Part shown: piece after piece, positions 25,786 to 36,230 of the stretch
How positions within the stretch are numbered: position 1 is the stretch's first letter
How the letters are laid out: every line of letters starts with the position of its first letter
NCBI GenBank assembly: GCA_964630875.1
Contig: CAZVXF010000003.1
Location: forward strand, 13,404 to 77,403
From: an uncultured bacterium
GTDB taxonomy: Bacteria > Chlamydiota > Chlamydiia > Chlamydiales > SM23-39
Length of the DNA: 64,000 bases
Direction of reading: 5' to 3'
Notes under the pieces: generated by a model
The model's input: the letters and a program-made list of their open reading frames with translations, nothing else
Databases searched by the model: none
Told to the model about the DNA's origin: nothing
Made by a program: the position numbers and the translations under genes

Positions 25786-26287
25786 GAAATATCAAATGTT
25801 TCGGAGGATTAAATAATTCTAAGAATGCAAGCACTCCAACTGCGATGAAAGCACTAAAAGCAAGCCATGAGAAAGTCACTTGCAAAACAAGACCAAACAA
25901 GACACAAAATTGGAGCGCGGTTGCCACCTTACCAGCTCTGAGAGAGCGAAAAATAATGGATCTTGCCCCTCTTGTTAGAACTATGAGCACCCCATATCCA
26001 AAGATCACAATATCACGAGAGATCATCGCAAACATTTGAAGAAGCTGAATCTTCCCTTCGAAAAAAAGAACAAGAAGGGCAAAATAAACAAAAAATTTGT
26101 CAGCGACAGGGTCTAAAAACGCTCCAAATCGCGAAACGGACTGATTTTTACGTGCGATGTATCCATCAACGCTGTCTGTGAACATCGCAATGAGGATTGC
26201 GAAGCAACGCAAAGTCACGCTTTCACTCAAAAATACAAAAGCAAGAGGAATGCGTAGGAACGATAATCCATTTGATACGCTAATCAT
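25775..26287 (-). CDS. CDP-alcohol phosphatidyltransferase (PgsA-like)
   Basis: DSVDGYIARKNQSVSRFGAFLDPVADK matches D(x)2DG(x)2AR(x)8G(x)3D(x)3D. The protein is multi-pass. Confidence 0.8.
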   Translation of the reverse strand: MISVSNGLSFLRIPLAFVFLSESVTLRCFAILIAMFTDSVDGYIARKNQSVSRFGAFLDPVADKFFVYFALLVLFFEGKIQLLQMFAMISRDIVIFGYGVLIVLTRGARSIIFRSLRAGKVATALQFCVLFGLVLQVTFSWLAFSAFIAVGVLAFLELFNPPKHLIFHDR

Positions 26288-26366
26288 GGTACGAAGCTTA
26301 TCAAACCGAGAGTTTAATCTCTATGAAAACATTGAACAAAAGAATTTGATTGACTAATCTTAATTC

Positions 26367-27476
26367 ATGAAAAGTGTAATTATCCACGATTGGCTCACTT
26401 CGCCTGTTGGCGGAAGCGAAAATGTCCTGGAAGAAATTCATCGCCTTCTCCCGTCACCCATTTGCACGCTCGTTTCAGATCCGAAAAAAATGGAGGGGAG
26501 CTATTTTCAAGATTTAGATATCCAAACTTCGTTTATTCAAAGACTCCCCTTTGCAAAGACAAAGCATCGCAATTATCTTCCTCTGTTTCCTCTTGCCATT
26601 GAACATTTTGATTTACACAAATATGACCTCATTTTGTCCTCCTCTCATTGTGTGGCAAAAGGTGTCATTACTCATCCAGAACAACTGCATATTTGTTATT
26701 GTCATACCCCTGTGCGATATGCATGGGATTTGATGCATTCCTATCTGAAAGAAGCAAAATTGGACCGCGGTATCAAGGGGATGCTTACCCGTTTAACTTT
26801 GCAATACCTCCGCACTTGGGACGTCCATTCCTCTCACAGAGTGGACTACTTCATTGCAAATTCTCAATTTGTCGCGTCGCGCATTAAAAAATTTTACCGG
26901 CGAAAAGCAGCCGTCATCTACCCGCCTGTTAACACGACTTTTTTTGAAATGAAGGAAAAAAAGGAAGATTTTTATGTGACCGCTTCACGTTTAGTCGGCA
27001 ATAAACGGATCGATCTGATCGTAGATGCTTTCTCACAAATGCCCGATAAAAAGCTCATTGTGATTGGGGATGGGCCGGAAAAAGAGCATTTAAAATCGCG
27101 CGCCAAGAAAAATATCGAATTCTTAAGCAATCAATCCAACGAGCAATTGAGAACATATTTACAGAATGCCAAAGCCTTTGTCTTTGCAGCCGTAGAAGAT
27201 TTTGGAATTCTTCCAGTTGAAGCGATGGCTACAGGAACGCCGATCATTGGACTTGAAAAAGGGGGCCTTTTAGAAACAGTGATTCCTTACTCAACAGGAC
27301 TTTTTTTTCAAGAACAGACGGTGAAATCGCTTCAAAATGGAATTAAAGAATTTGAAAATCTCGAATTTGATCCGAAAAAATGTCGCGAGAGAGCTCTCGA
27401 GTTTTCTCAAGAAAAATTTAGAAAAAGATTCCAATCTTTTGTCCTTGATAAGTATTTCGAGTTCAAAAACAACTAG
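26367..27476 (+). CDS. glycosyltransferase family 4 (GT-B, group 1)
   Basis: The C-terminal half has FVFAAVEDFGILPVEAMATGTPIIGLEKGG, the typical EX7E region. Confidence 0.8.
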   Translation: MKSVIIHDWLTSPVGGSENVLEEIHRLLPSPICTLVSDPKKMEGSYFQDLDIQTSFIQRLPFAKTKHRNYLPLFPLAIEHFDLHKYDLILSSSHCVAKGVITHPEQLHICYCHTPVRYAWDLMHSYLKEAKLDRGIKGMLTRLTLQYLRTWDVHSSHRVDYFIANSQFVASRIKKFYRRKAAVIYPPVNTTFFEMKEKKEDFYVTASRLVGNKRIDLIVDAFSQMPDKKLIVIGDGPEKEHLKSRAKKNIEFLSNQSNEQLRTYLQNAKAFVFAAVEDFGILPVEAMATGTPIIGLEKGGLLETVIPYSTGLFFQEQTVKSLQNGIKEFENLEFDPKKCRERALEFSQEKFRKRFQSFVLDKYFEFKNN

Positions 27477-27510
27477 CAGTTTTGTAAAGAATTAGCTATT
27501 ATGACCTTCT

Positions 27511-30069
27511 ATGACCAAATCGCTTGTCATTGTAGAATCTCCTGCAAAAATTAAGACCCTGCGCAAATTTTTAGGCCCTCGCTTTGCTTTTGAGTCATCC
27601 GTTGGCCATATTCGCGATCTTCCAGCGAAAGAGTTCGGAATCGATATTGATCACGACTTTGAGCCGAAATATGTGACCATGCCCGATAAAAAAGAGGTCA
27701 TTAAGAAGCTGCAGGAAGCGGCCAAGAAAGCAGATGTTGTTTATCTCTCCCCCGATCCGGATAGAGAAGGAGAGGCCATTGCATGGCACATCGCGTCCAT
27801 TTTGCCGAAAGGAACGAAAATTAAACGAGCCGCGTTCCAATCGATCACCAAAACAGCAGTCCAAGATTCTCTTGCTCACCCGCGCGATATCGATATGGAC
27901 TTGGTCAATGCTCAGCAAACAAGACGTCTACTCGATCGCATTGTAGGTTATAAAATTTCTCCGATACTCACTCGGAAAGTCAAAAGAGGACGCAGCGGGA
28001 CTTCTGCTGGCCGTGTTCAGTCTGTTGCTCTCAAACTGGTTGTCGATCGAGAGAAGGCAATTGAGGCGTTTAAGCCTGTTGAATATTGGACGCTTGCTTC
28101 TCTTTTACAGCCAGTTGATAATCCAACGCCCTTTACAGCCACTCTTCACTCAGTCGATGGGTTAAAAGTTGAAAAAGAGCAGACCGATAAAAAATGTTTT
28201 TTAATTCCCGATAAAAAAACGGCAGATGCTCTTGTCGCTCGCCTAAAAAAAGCAAAGTATAAAGTAGGCGAAGTCGATCGAAAAGAGAAGAAACGGCAAC
28301 CGGTACCTCCTTTTATCACATCCACACTGCAACAAGAAGCTAGCCGCCATTACGGATTCTCCGTTTCTCGCACAATGAGCATTGCGCAAGGGCTTTATGA
28401 AGGGATAGATATCGGAGAGGAGACTGAAGGTCTGATTACGTACATGCGTACCGACGCAGTCAGCGTAGCGCCTGAAGCCATTGCTGCCTCTCGGGGGTAT
28501 ATTCAATCCACATTTGGTCCAGACTATTTGCCTGCCGAACCGCGAATCTATGCTTCTAAAAAAAGTGCACAAGAAGCACATGAAGCGATTCGCCCAACAT
28601 CTTTAGCAAGAGACCCCGAAAAAATTCGACAATATCTTTCTGCCGACGAATACAAAATTTACTTACTCATTTGGCGCAGATTTATCGCTTCCCAAATGAA
28701 TCCTGCAATCTATGATACTGTTTCTGCAGACATCCTGACTGATCAAAATCTTGTCTTGCGCGCATCCGGTTCTGTCATTAAATTTAAAGGCTATTTAGCA
28801 GCATACGAAGAAAAAAAAGACCCTACTTCTACTCTGGATGAAGAGGATAGTGAAAAATTATTGCCTCCTCTAGTGGAAAACACTTCACTTGATCTTAAAA
28901 AAGTAGATTCCACGCAATCTTTTACAAAAGCGCCTCCACGATTTACTGAAGCATCTTTAGTCAAAGAATTAGAACGTTTAGGGATTGGTCGCCCTTCAAC
29001 TTATGCTTCGATCATGAATAAGATTCAAAGCCGTGAGTACACAATTAAGGAAAATCAATCGTTAAAACCGACAGAGCTAGGACAAGTGATCTGCCAAATG
29101 TTGGAGGAAAATTTTGCTCCGATTATGGACGTCACATTTACGGCTCAAATGGAAGATCAACTTGAGCAGGTAGCTGAGCACAATAAGGATTGGAAAGGGA
29201 TCATAAAAGACTTTTGGAAAGACTTTATTCCTCTTGTTGATAAGGCCGAAAAAGAGGCTCTTGTCCCACGCGTTTTAACTGAAATTGATTGCCCAAATTG
29301 CGGTCATAAACTCCAAAAAATCTGGTCTCGAAATAAATATTTTTACGGCTGCTCCAATTACCCAGATTGCGCCTATACAGCACCGATTGAGGCATTGTCT
29401 TTCAATAAAGAAGACTACGATCCAAACTTTGATTGGGATCAAAAATGTCCGAATTGCAGCTCCCCAATGACTTTGAGACATGGACGATTTGGCGCATTCC
29501 TTGGCTGTTCGAAATATCCCGATTGTAAAGGGATCGTCAATATCCCTAAAAAAGGGGAGAAAGTTTATCAAGCAGGAGACTTACCTGCATGCCCAGCTCT
29601 GGGTTGTGATGGTCGGATGACTGCAAGAAAGTCCCGTTTTGGCAAAACATTTTTCTCTTGCTCAAACTTTCCTGACTGCGATGTGATCGTAAACCAGCTC
29701 GAACAACTCGAGGAAAAATACGACGCGCATCATCCAAAAACCCCTTACGTTAAAAAAGCTGGCAAGGGTTTTAAAAAGGGTGCTAAAAAAACAAGCGAGA
29801 AACCGGCTGCGAAAGGAGCTAAGAAAGCCTCTCGTACGCAAGCAACATATCAACCTTCTCCTGAGCTCTCAGAAATCGTTGGCTCTGACTCTTTAAGTCG
29901 CCCTGAAACGACCAAAAAAGTCTGGGAATATATCAAAAAGCATAAACTTCAAGATCCTAAAAACAAAAGATTAATCAAGCCTGATGCAAAACTGGCAAAA
30001 GTCTTTGGCTCAAAAGAAGCCATCGATATGATGAAACTTGCAGGTGTTTTAGGAAAACATTTTAAATGA
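27511..30069 (+). CDS. topA: DNA topoisomerase I with a C-terminal SWIB/MDM2 domain
   Basis: TOPRIM (LVIVESPAKIKT, DPDREGEAIAWH), catalytic region (RPSTYASI), four Cys4 zinc ribbons and a lysine-rich linker. The final ~80 aa (LSEIVGSDSLSRPETTKKVWEYIKKHKLQDPKNKRLIKPDAKLAKVFG) is a SWIB domain. Confidence 0.92.
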   Translation: MTKSLVIVESPAKIKTLRKFLGPRFAFESSVGHIRDLPAKEFGIDIDHDFEPKYVTMPDKKEVIKKLQEAAKKADVVYLSPDPDREGEAIAWHIASILPKGTKIKRAAFQSITKTAVQDSLAHPRDIDMDLVNAQQTRRLLDRIVGYKISPILTRKVKRGRSGTSAGRVQSVALKLVVDREKAIEAFKPVEYWTLASLLQPVDNPTPFTATLHSVDGLKVEKEQTDKKCFLIPDKKTADALVARLKKAKYKVGEVDRKEKKRQPVPPFITSTLQQEASRHYGFSVSRTMSIAQGLYEGIDIGEETEGLITYMRTDAVSVAPEAIAASRGYIQSTFGPDYLPAEPRIYASKKSAQEAHEAIRPTSLARDPEKIRQYLSADEYKIYLLIWRRFIASQMNPAIYDTVSADILTDQNLVLRASGSVIKFKGYLAAYEEKKDPTSTLDEEDSEKLLPPLVENTSLDLKKVDSTQSFTKAPPRFTEASLVKELERLGIGRPSTYASIMNKIQSREYTIKENQSLKPTELGQVICQMLEENFAPIMDVTFTAQMEDQLEQVAEHNKDWKGIIKDFWKDFIPLVDKAEKEALVPRVLTEIDCPNCGHKLQKIWSRNKYFYGCSNYPDCAYTAPIEALSFNKEDYDPNFDWDQKCPNCSSPMTLRHGRFGAFLGCSKYPDCKGIVNIPKKGEKVYQAGDLPACPALGCDGRMTARKSRFGKTFFSCSNFPDCDVIVNQLEQLEEKYDAHHPKTPYVKKAGKGFKKGAKKTSEKPAAKGAKKASRTQATYQPSPELSEIVGSDSLSRPETTKKVWEYIKKHKLQDPKNKRLIKPDAKLAKVFGSKEAIDMMKLAGVLGKHFK

Positions 30070-30875
30070 TCTATCTAACTGAACTCCAATGGATTCAGAA
30101 TTTACAAGATGTGATAAGAGGTCCCTTCTTAGATCGTTTTTTTATTCTCTGGAACCGTGTCGATTCGCTCCCTTTTTACTTATTGATCATTAGTATTGTT
30201 TGGTATTTGATCAATCGAACAATTGGCATTCGCCTTTTTTACATCATGATCATTAGTGCCATCGTCAATGAATTATTAAAGTCCTTATTCCACTTACCGC
30301 GACCCTGCCAAATGGATCCATCCGTTGGAATTCTTTGCATTAAGACGTATGGTTTCCCAAGTGGCGCCGCGCAAGCCTCAATCCTTCTTTCAGGTGTATT
30401 AATCATTGAATGCAAACAGAGAATCCTTCAAATTCTTGGCATTTTTTTTGCTCTATTTCTCTGTTTTTCACGCATTTATCTGGGCGTCCATTTTTTTACA
30501 GACATCCTAGGAGGACTATTCGTTGGAGGTCTCTTACTGCTCCTTTACGCGAAAGTCTTTCCTATTGCCACACCCTACCATCGACTCTTGAGCTTTGTCT
30601 TGCCTTTGGTTCCTTTGATTAAAGGAAACTTTTTTCTATTTGGAATCTTAATCGGCGTAGCCATTGGTCTTATGTTTAGCGAATTTAAAAATATACAGAT
30701 GCCAAAACAATGGGTCTATCGTATTGTTGGCGCTGTATGTGCAATTGTAGGGTCATTTTTAATTATAGAAGAGAGAGTGTTCCTTCCTCATTTAAAAACT
30801 TTATTCGCCATAGCTGCAGGTCTTTGGTTTAGCACAGTCGAAATCTGGTGCAGAAGACCTTCATTCCGCGCGTAA
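30066..30875 (+). CDS. PAP2 family lipid phosphatase
   Basis: KSLFHLPRP, GFPSGAAQ and SRIYLGVHFFTDILGG match KxxxxxxRP / PSG(H) / SRxxxxxHxxxD, with H replaced by A in motif 2. Confidence 0.75.
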   Translation: MIYLTELQWIQNLQDVIRGPFLDRFFILWNRVDSLPFYLLIISIVWYLINRTIGIRLFYIMIISAIVNELLKSLFHLPRPCQMDPSVGILCIKTYGFPSGAAQASILLSGVLIIECKQRILQILGIFFALFLCFSRIYLGVHFFTDILGGLFVGGLLLLLYAKVFPIATPYHRLLSFVLPLVPLIKGNFFLFGILIGVAIGLMFSEFKNIQMPKQWVYRIVGAVCAIVGSFLIIEERVFLPHLKTLFAIAAGLWFSTVEIWCRRPSFRA

Positions 30876-31027
30876 AAAATCTTATCAGATCGAATCTCGC
30901 CGACTTTTGAACATGTAAACTTTGATTTTATCCCTAGGACTTTTACTTACAACAAAAACCAAATAGCAGACTCCAAAAATACAAACTCCCTTGATCATTT
31001 CAACCTCTATCTGGCAAGCTGTTGTTT

Positions 31028-32587
31028 ATGGAAGAATTCACAGAGCAACAGATTCAAACGCTCATGCGTTTTGTGACAAATACTACGGGGCATATTTTTG
31101 CCTTGAAGAATCTACCCGAAGTGATCAAGGGAGCACTTTTTTCTCGTTATTCTCGATCGACTTTGGGGCTGAAATCGCTTCTTTTAAAAGAATTTATTCA
31201 AAATCAAGACTCTGGATTTTCAAGCGTTGAAATGGAAGAGCAAGTCGCAGGCATTCAAAAAGCGCAAAACTTCTATGATCGCATTCTGGATGGTTATGGC
31301 GATGATTCCATTGGAGAACTTGGAGGAGCACACTTGGCTTTAGAAAATATTTCCATGCTTGCTGCAAAAGCTATAGAAGATTGCAGGCTAGGTGGTTCGC
31401 CTCTTGAAAAATCAACCCGGTATATCTATTTTGATCAGAGGGTTGATGGCGAGTATCTTTTCTATAAAGAGCCCGTTTTATTGACTTCTGCATATCGAGA
31501 TATCTATTTAAAGACGTGTACAAATCTCTTCGAAGTTTATGGCAAACTGATTCCTCCTTTGACTGCACATATTGAGAAAGGTTTTCCACACGATCCTGCG
31601 ATTTCTAAAACAGCCTATACTGCTGCGTTGCGTGCGAAGGTTCTCGATTGCTTAAGAGGATTACTGCCCGCAAGCACGTTCACAAATATGGGTGTCTTTG
31701 GCAATGGACGTTTTTTTGAAACATTATTGCAAAAATTCAATTGCAATTCGCTGCAAGAAATGCAAGAGATAGGAAAAAAATCATATGAAGAATTAGCGAA
31801 AGTGATCCCCTCTTTTGTTCGAAGGGCTGAAAGCGCGCATAAACATAATTTATCGTATGCCAAATTTGCCGAATCAATGCGTAAAGAGTTATCTCAGTTT
31901 GGTGTACAAGAAACAGGTGCTCATTCAGGTGTACGATTGGTAGACTTTGATAAAGATGGCGCGCAAAGAGTGGCAAGTCACCTCTTATTTGCTCATTCTA
32001 ATAGTGAATTATCGAGAAATTTCTCTGAAGAAGAGATGGAACAAATTCTCGATGCTGCTTGTAAGTACAGAGAAAACCGCCGCCATAAATCGCCTCGCGC
32101 ATTAGAGGCCGCAAGCTTCACATTTGAGATTGTGGCAGATTTCGGCGTCTATCGCGATCTTCACCGCCATCGCATGCTCACTCAAGAAAGACAACTTCTT
32201 TCTTGTGATTTGGGATACTACGTACCGCCAGAAATTGTGGGGACAGAAATGGAAGAGGTGTACATAAAGGCATTAGACGAAGCAAAAATTGCTTTTGATA
32301 TGATTGCAAAAGAGTTCCCAGAAGAAGCGCAGTATATTGTTCCGATGGCTTACAACGTCCGATGGTATTTCCATGTCAATTTGCGGGCTCTGCAATGGCT
32401 CTGCGAATTGCGATCACAAGCAGCTGGCCATCCAAGTTATCGCCTGATTGCCCAAGAAATGGCGCATCAAGTAAGCCAGGCTATCCCTCAATTCGAAAGA
32501 TTTTTTAAATTTGTCGATTACAATGGTTATGAACTTGGTAGGTTAAGCTCAGAAATCCGCCAAGAACAGAAAAAATGTTTCAATTAA
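31028..32587 (+). CDS. thyX: FAD-dependent thymidylate synthase, long (tandem) form
   Basis: YRDLHRHRMLTQERQ (ThyX RHR motif) in the C-terminal half and ALFSRYSRS in the N-terminal half. The ~520-aa size matches chlamydial ThyX. Confidence 0.8.
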   Translation: MEEFTEQQIQTLMRFVTNTTGHIFALKNLPEVIKGALFSRYSRSTLGLKSLLLKEFIQNQDSGFSSVEMEEQVAGIQKAQNFYDRILDGYGDDSIGELGGAHLALENISMLAAKAIEDCRLGGSPLEKSTRYIYFDQRVDGEYLFYKEPVLLTSAYRDIYLKTCTNLFEVYGKLIPPLTAHIEKGFPHDPAISKTAYTAALRAKVLDCLRGLLPASTFTNMGVFGNGRFFETLLQKFNCNSLQEMQEIGKKSYEELAKVIPSFVRRAESAHKHNLSYAKFAESMRKELSQFGVQETGAHSGVRLVDFDKDGAQRVASHLLFAHSNSELSRNFSEEEMEQILDAACKYRENRRHKSPRALEAASFTFEIVADFGVYRDLHRHRMLTQERQLLSCDLGYYVPPEIVGTEMEEVYIKALDEAKIAFDMIAKEFPEEAQYIVPMAYNVRWYFHVNLRALQWLCELRSQAAGHPSYRLIAQEMAHQVSQAIPQFERFFKFVDYNGYELGRLSSEIRQEQKKCFN

Positions 32588-34560
32588 AAAGCGATCTTTC
32601 TCCATCGGGCGATCAGCCGAAAGCCATCGAACAACTGGTCGCAGGAATTAATCAGCGCAAAAGTGCGCAAGTTCTACTTGGAATTACAGGTTCTGGCAAA
32701 ACATTCACCATGGCAAACGTCATTGCCAGAGTGCAAAAGCCAACGCTTGTACTTGCCCATAATAAAACACTCGCGGCGCAACTGTTTCAGGAATTTAAAT
32801 CTTTTTTTCCCGATAACGCTGTTGAATACTTTGTTTCTTATTACGATTATTACCAGCCAGAAGCCTATATAGCGCGAACAGACACCTATATCGAAAAAGA
32901 TCTCGCGATTAACGATCGAATCGAAAAAATGCGCCTTAGCGCTACGCGTTCATTGATTGAGCGATCCGATGTTCTTGTCGTTTCTTCGATTTCCTGCATT
33001 TACGGCTTGGGTACTCCAGAATATTACAGCCAGATGCTTTTGACCCTAACAAAAGATCAACAAGTTCGGCGAGACAATGTTCTTTTGCATCTTGTTGAGC
33101 TACACTATACAAGAAACGATTATGAACTTGCGCGAGCAACATTTCGCGCTCGTGGCGATGTTCTCGAGATTGTTCCAGCATACGAGGATAACATTGCCTA
33201 TCGAGTCGAATTCTTCGGCGATGTTGTCGAACGATTAAGCGAAATTGAGCCGTTGACAGGCAGGGTTCTTAAACGACTCGATAAAATTACAATCTATCCT
33301 GGATCCCACCACGTGACCCCAGAAAATGTGCGTCAAGATGCTGTCGTGACGATTCGCCAAGAACTTGATGAGCGCATTGCATACTTCGAACAAAACAATC
33401 GATTGATTGAAGCTCAGCGCATTCGAGAAAGAACCAATTACGATCTAGAAATGATGCGGGAGATTGGTTTTTGCAAAGGCGTTGAAAACTATTCTCGACA
33501 TTTTAGCAAAAGAAGTCCTGGCGATCCACCACCATGCCTCATTGACTATTTTCCTGATGATTTTCTCTTTATCATCGATGAATCACATCAAACTCTACCG
33601 CAAATGCATGCCATGTACAATGGGGATCGCGCGCGCAAAGAAGCTCTTGTCGAATTTGGGTTCAGACTCCCTTCTGCATTTGATAATCGCCCTTTAAAGT
33701 TCGAAGAAAGCTATCGAAAGTTTCAACAAGTGATTTACGTTTCTGCCACGCCTTCAAGGTGGGAAGTGGAAGAATCAAAAGGCGAAATCATTGAACAGAT
33801 TATACGTCCTACAGGTCTTCTTGATCCTTTTATTGAGAAAAGACCTGCAAAGGGACAAGTAGATGATTGCCTAGAGGAAATTCGCATTGAAACTGAAAAA
33901 GGGGGACGCGTTCTTGTCACAACGCTGACCAAGAAACTCTCGGAAGATCTCTCTAAATACCTCAATGAAATTGGCGTAAAAGCAAAATATCTACACTCTG
34001 AAATCGATACTCTTGAACGCCTCCATATTCTAAAAGCTTTAAGAGCTGGAGAATTTGACGTGCTTGTAGGCATTAACCTCCTTCGCGAAGGTCTTGATCT
34101 TCCCGAAGTGACGCTCGTCGTCATTCTTGACGCAGATAAAGAGGGCTTTTTGCGATCTGAAACATCGCTTATCCAAACATGTGGTAGAGCAGCACGAAAT
34201 GCGTCTGGCCGAGTCATTCTTTACGCCGACAAAGATACGACCGCTATTCAAAATACAATGGCCATCACCCAAAAAAGACGCAAAAACCAACAAGAGTACA
34301 ATGAAAAACATGGGATTATTCCGCGCACAGTAAAGCGCGAACAAGGAAGATCGCTTGAAGAAATCTTTGGATTTGCCGAAGGGCCTCCTTCTGAAGTCAA
34401 GAAAACGGAAATGCCTGACCTTTCAAATCTCGAATCAAAAATCAAACACTACGAAGCCGAAATGCGCAAAGCTTCCAAAGAAATGCGCTTCGAAGATGCA
34501 GCCAAGGCGCGCGATCTGATGCGTTACTATCAAAATCTAGAAATGCTAAAGTCCAATTAA
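32575..34560 (+). CDS. uvrB: excinuclease ABC subunit B
   Basis: GDQPKAIEQL, LGITGSGKTFTMA, FVSYYDYYQPEAY, IIDESHQT, the helicase C-terminal motifs and a C-terminal UVR domain (MRFEDAAKARDLM). Confidence 0.95.
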   Translation: MFQLKSDLSPSGDQPKAIEQLVAGINQRKSAQVLLGITGSGKTFTMANVIARVQKPTLVLAHNKTLAAQLFQEFKSFFPDNAVEYFVSYYDYYQPEAYIARTDTYIEKDLAINDRIEKMRLSATRSLIERSDVLVVSSISCIYGLGTPEYYSQMLLTLTKDQQVRRDNVLLHLVELHYTRNDYELARATFRARGDVLEIVPAYEDNIAYRVEFFGDVVERLSEIEPLTGRVLKRLDKITIYPGSHHVTPENVRQDAVVTIRQELDERIAYFEQNNRLIEAQRIRERTNYDLEMMREIGFCKGVENYSRHFSKRSPGDPPPCLIDYFPDDFLFIIDESHQTLPQMHAMYNGDRARKEALVEFGFRLPSAFDNRPLKFEESYRKFQQVIYVSATPSRWEVEESKGEIIEQIIRPTGLLDPFIEKRPAKGQVDDCLEEIRIETEKGGRVLVTTLTKKLSEDLSKYLNEIGVKAKYLHSEIDTLERLHILKALRAGEFDVLVGINLLREGLDLPEVTLVVILDADKEGFLRSETSLIQTCGRAARNASGRVILYADKDTTAIQNTMAITQKRRKNQQEYNEKHGIIPRTVKREQGRSLEEIFGFAEGPPSEVKKTEMPDLSNLESKIKHYEAEMRKASKEMRFEDAAKARDLMRYYQNLEMLKSN

Positions 34561-34920
34561 AAAAGTAATAAGAAATACGACCATTACAATAATAAGTAAC
34601 GTTAACGCAAAAGTTAATCTATTTGATTTATGAGTTTGGTTTTTTTCAATTTGCTTTTCTGTTTTTAAGAATTCAATATAGGAAAGCACTCCAATCAGAG
34701 CACCAATTCCAACCAGGATCATGCCAAAAATGGAAGAATGATCATTCGTTGCCTTTTGCAAATTCTCTTTTCCTAAAAAGAAAGCGATTTCTTTCAGGAA
34801 AAGAGAAAACTTTTCTATGACAAAGCCAAAGGCCATTACGCCAATACTCGTTCTGATCCAAGCGAGAAACGTCCTTTCATTCGCCAGATGATCTCTGCGC
34901 TTATTTGATAAATCTTTCAT
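34546..34920 (-). CDS. YidH/DUF202 family inner-membrane protein
   Basis: RDHLANERTFLAWIRTSIGVMAFGF signature plus three TM helices. Confidence 0.7.
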   Translation of the reverse strand: MKDLSNKRRDHLANERTFLAWIRTSIGVMAFGFVIEKFSLFLKEIAFFLGKENLQKATNDHSSIFGMILVGIGALIGVLSYIEFLKTEKQIEKNQTHKSNRLTFALTLLIIVMVVFLITFLIGL

Positions 34921-35016
34921 TTCTTAGCCTTTGTATTATTCATTCTAAATGTAATAAATAATACTATTTATCAAAACTTAATTTTGGGTTCGTTTTCCTC
35001 GAAGTTCATGAGATTT

Positions 35017-36222
35017 TTAGGAATTTAATTCTTGAAGTGTTGCGACATAAATATGTCGAATACAAAATCGGGACATATCGGGATTGCTGCATCCAGCAAT
35101 AGTGAGTAAAAAATCGTATTCTCGTTTTAGCTCTGAGTTTTTAAGGCCGAGTTCCTCCCAATGAATTTCTACATCATTGGTAAATTGGGCGTGTTGAGCA
35201 CAATTTGCTAAAACGATTTCTTCAATATTTTCGAGCTCAGAATGCGTTGTTGGATCAGAGCATGTGCAGGGCCTGAAGTATAGCGGATCGATACAGGGGT
35301 CAGCAGGTGGTATCTGAAGGAGCTCTTTAAGCTGAGTAAATGCACCAGGAAACACATCACCTTTAATCACCGTCACGGCTTCATTTGATGGGAGGAATTC
35401 TTTTTTTAGAAAACGGCCATCTTCCCATCGATATAACGTAAGCGTTTGCTTCTGCATGCCACCGCATGCGCAAAAATAGGTGGTTTTTTGAACAAATGCT
35501 CTTTTTTTCTCTTTCATTTTCTGCCAGATTGGCTTAAAACTTGGAAAAAATGGTGTCATTTGAACAAAACCCTTTGTTTCGATCTGTCTTAAAGAAAGCT
35601 CTTCTTCTTTAAGTCCCAACTGTTTAGTTAATTCAATCTCATAATCCACAGACATTTTATTTAATGGAATTTTCCCATAAGTCTGCAGATTTCGAAGATA
35701 AGAAGACCTTCTCTGCTTGTGAATCATCGATTGCATGGACTCATCAGTTGCAGTGAGAAGATAAAAAATTCCAAGAACTCTTTCTATGATTCCTAATTGT
35801 AAAAGCAAATGATTGGATTGAAGGTATTCCCACATTGTTGTTTTACAAACAGCAAGTTGTCTTTTGACAAGGATTCTCTCTTCGATGTTATTGACATGCA
35901 TTTTCTGCAAAAACGCGTTTACATCTTCAATGAACAATCTCGAGTTTTGTAAGCTTAGTTCTAAAGATTCCTTTATCTCTTCAAAATGCTCTATGTAATC
36001 GAGAAGCATTGAAACACGCACTTGACACTTACAATCCCCGACAAGAGGATCAAGAACCAAAAACTTTCGATTGAGAAATGCATCAAGCGCTAAAGAGACT
36101 ACATTTGCTTCCAGCAAATGCAGGCGAAGCGTCGCTTCTACTTCTTTTATGTTATGAGTAGGAAAATCATCTCTTTGGAATAAAGGCCCGATTTTTTTTA
36201 ATTGATCAACGCATGCGCTCAT
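35017..36222 (-). CDS. hypothetical protein, third gene of the nfeD-flotillin operon
   Basis: 401-aa ORF starting 8 nt after the flotillin stop. It is Cys-containing (CACGGM, CTCSD) with no motif recognised. Confidence 0.5.
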   Translation of the reverse strand: MSACVDQLKKIGPLFQRDDFPTHNIKEVEATLRLHLLEANVVSLALDAFLNRKFLVLDPLVGDCKCQVRVSMLLDYIEHFEEIKESLELSLQNSRLFIEDVNAFLQKMHVNNIEERILVKRQLAVCKTTMWEYLQSNHLLLQLGIIERVLGIFYLLTATDESMQSMIHKQRRSSYLRNLQTYGKIPLNKMSVDYEIELTKQLGLKEEELSLRQIETKGFVQMTPFFPSFKPIWQKMKEKKRAFVQKTTYFCACGGMQKQTLTLYRWEDGRFLKKEFLPSNEAVTVIKGDVFPGAFTQLKELLQIPPADPCIDPLYFRPCTCSDPTTHSELENIEEIVLANCAQHAQFTNDVEIHWEELGLKNSELKREYDFLLTIAGCSNPDMSRFCIRHIYVATLQELNS

Positions 36223-36230
36223 ATTCTGTT

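Noticed and set aside
33735-34344. 160-aa and 101-aa minus-strand ORFs inside uvrB
   Set aside because: They lie entirely within a highly conserved uvrB coding region. The Arg/Ser-rich composition is typical of antisense frames.
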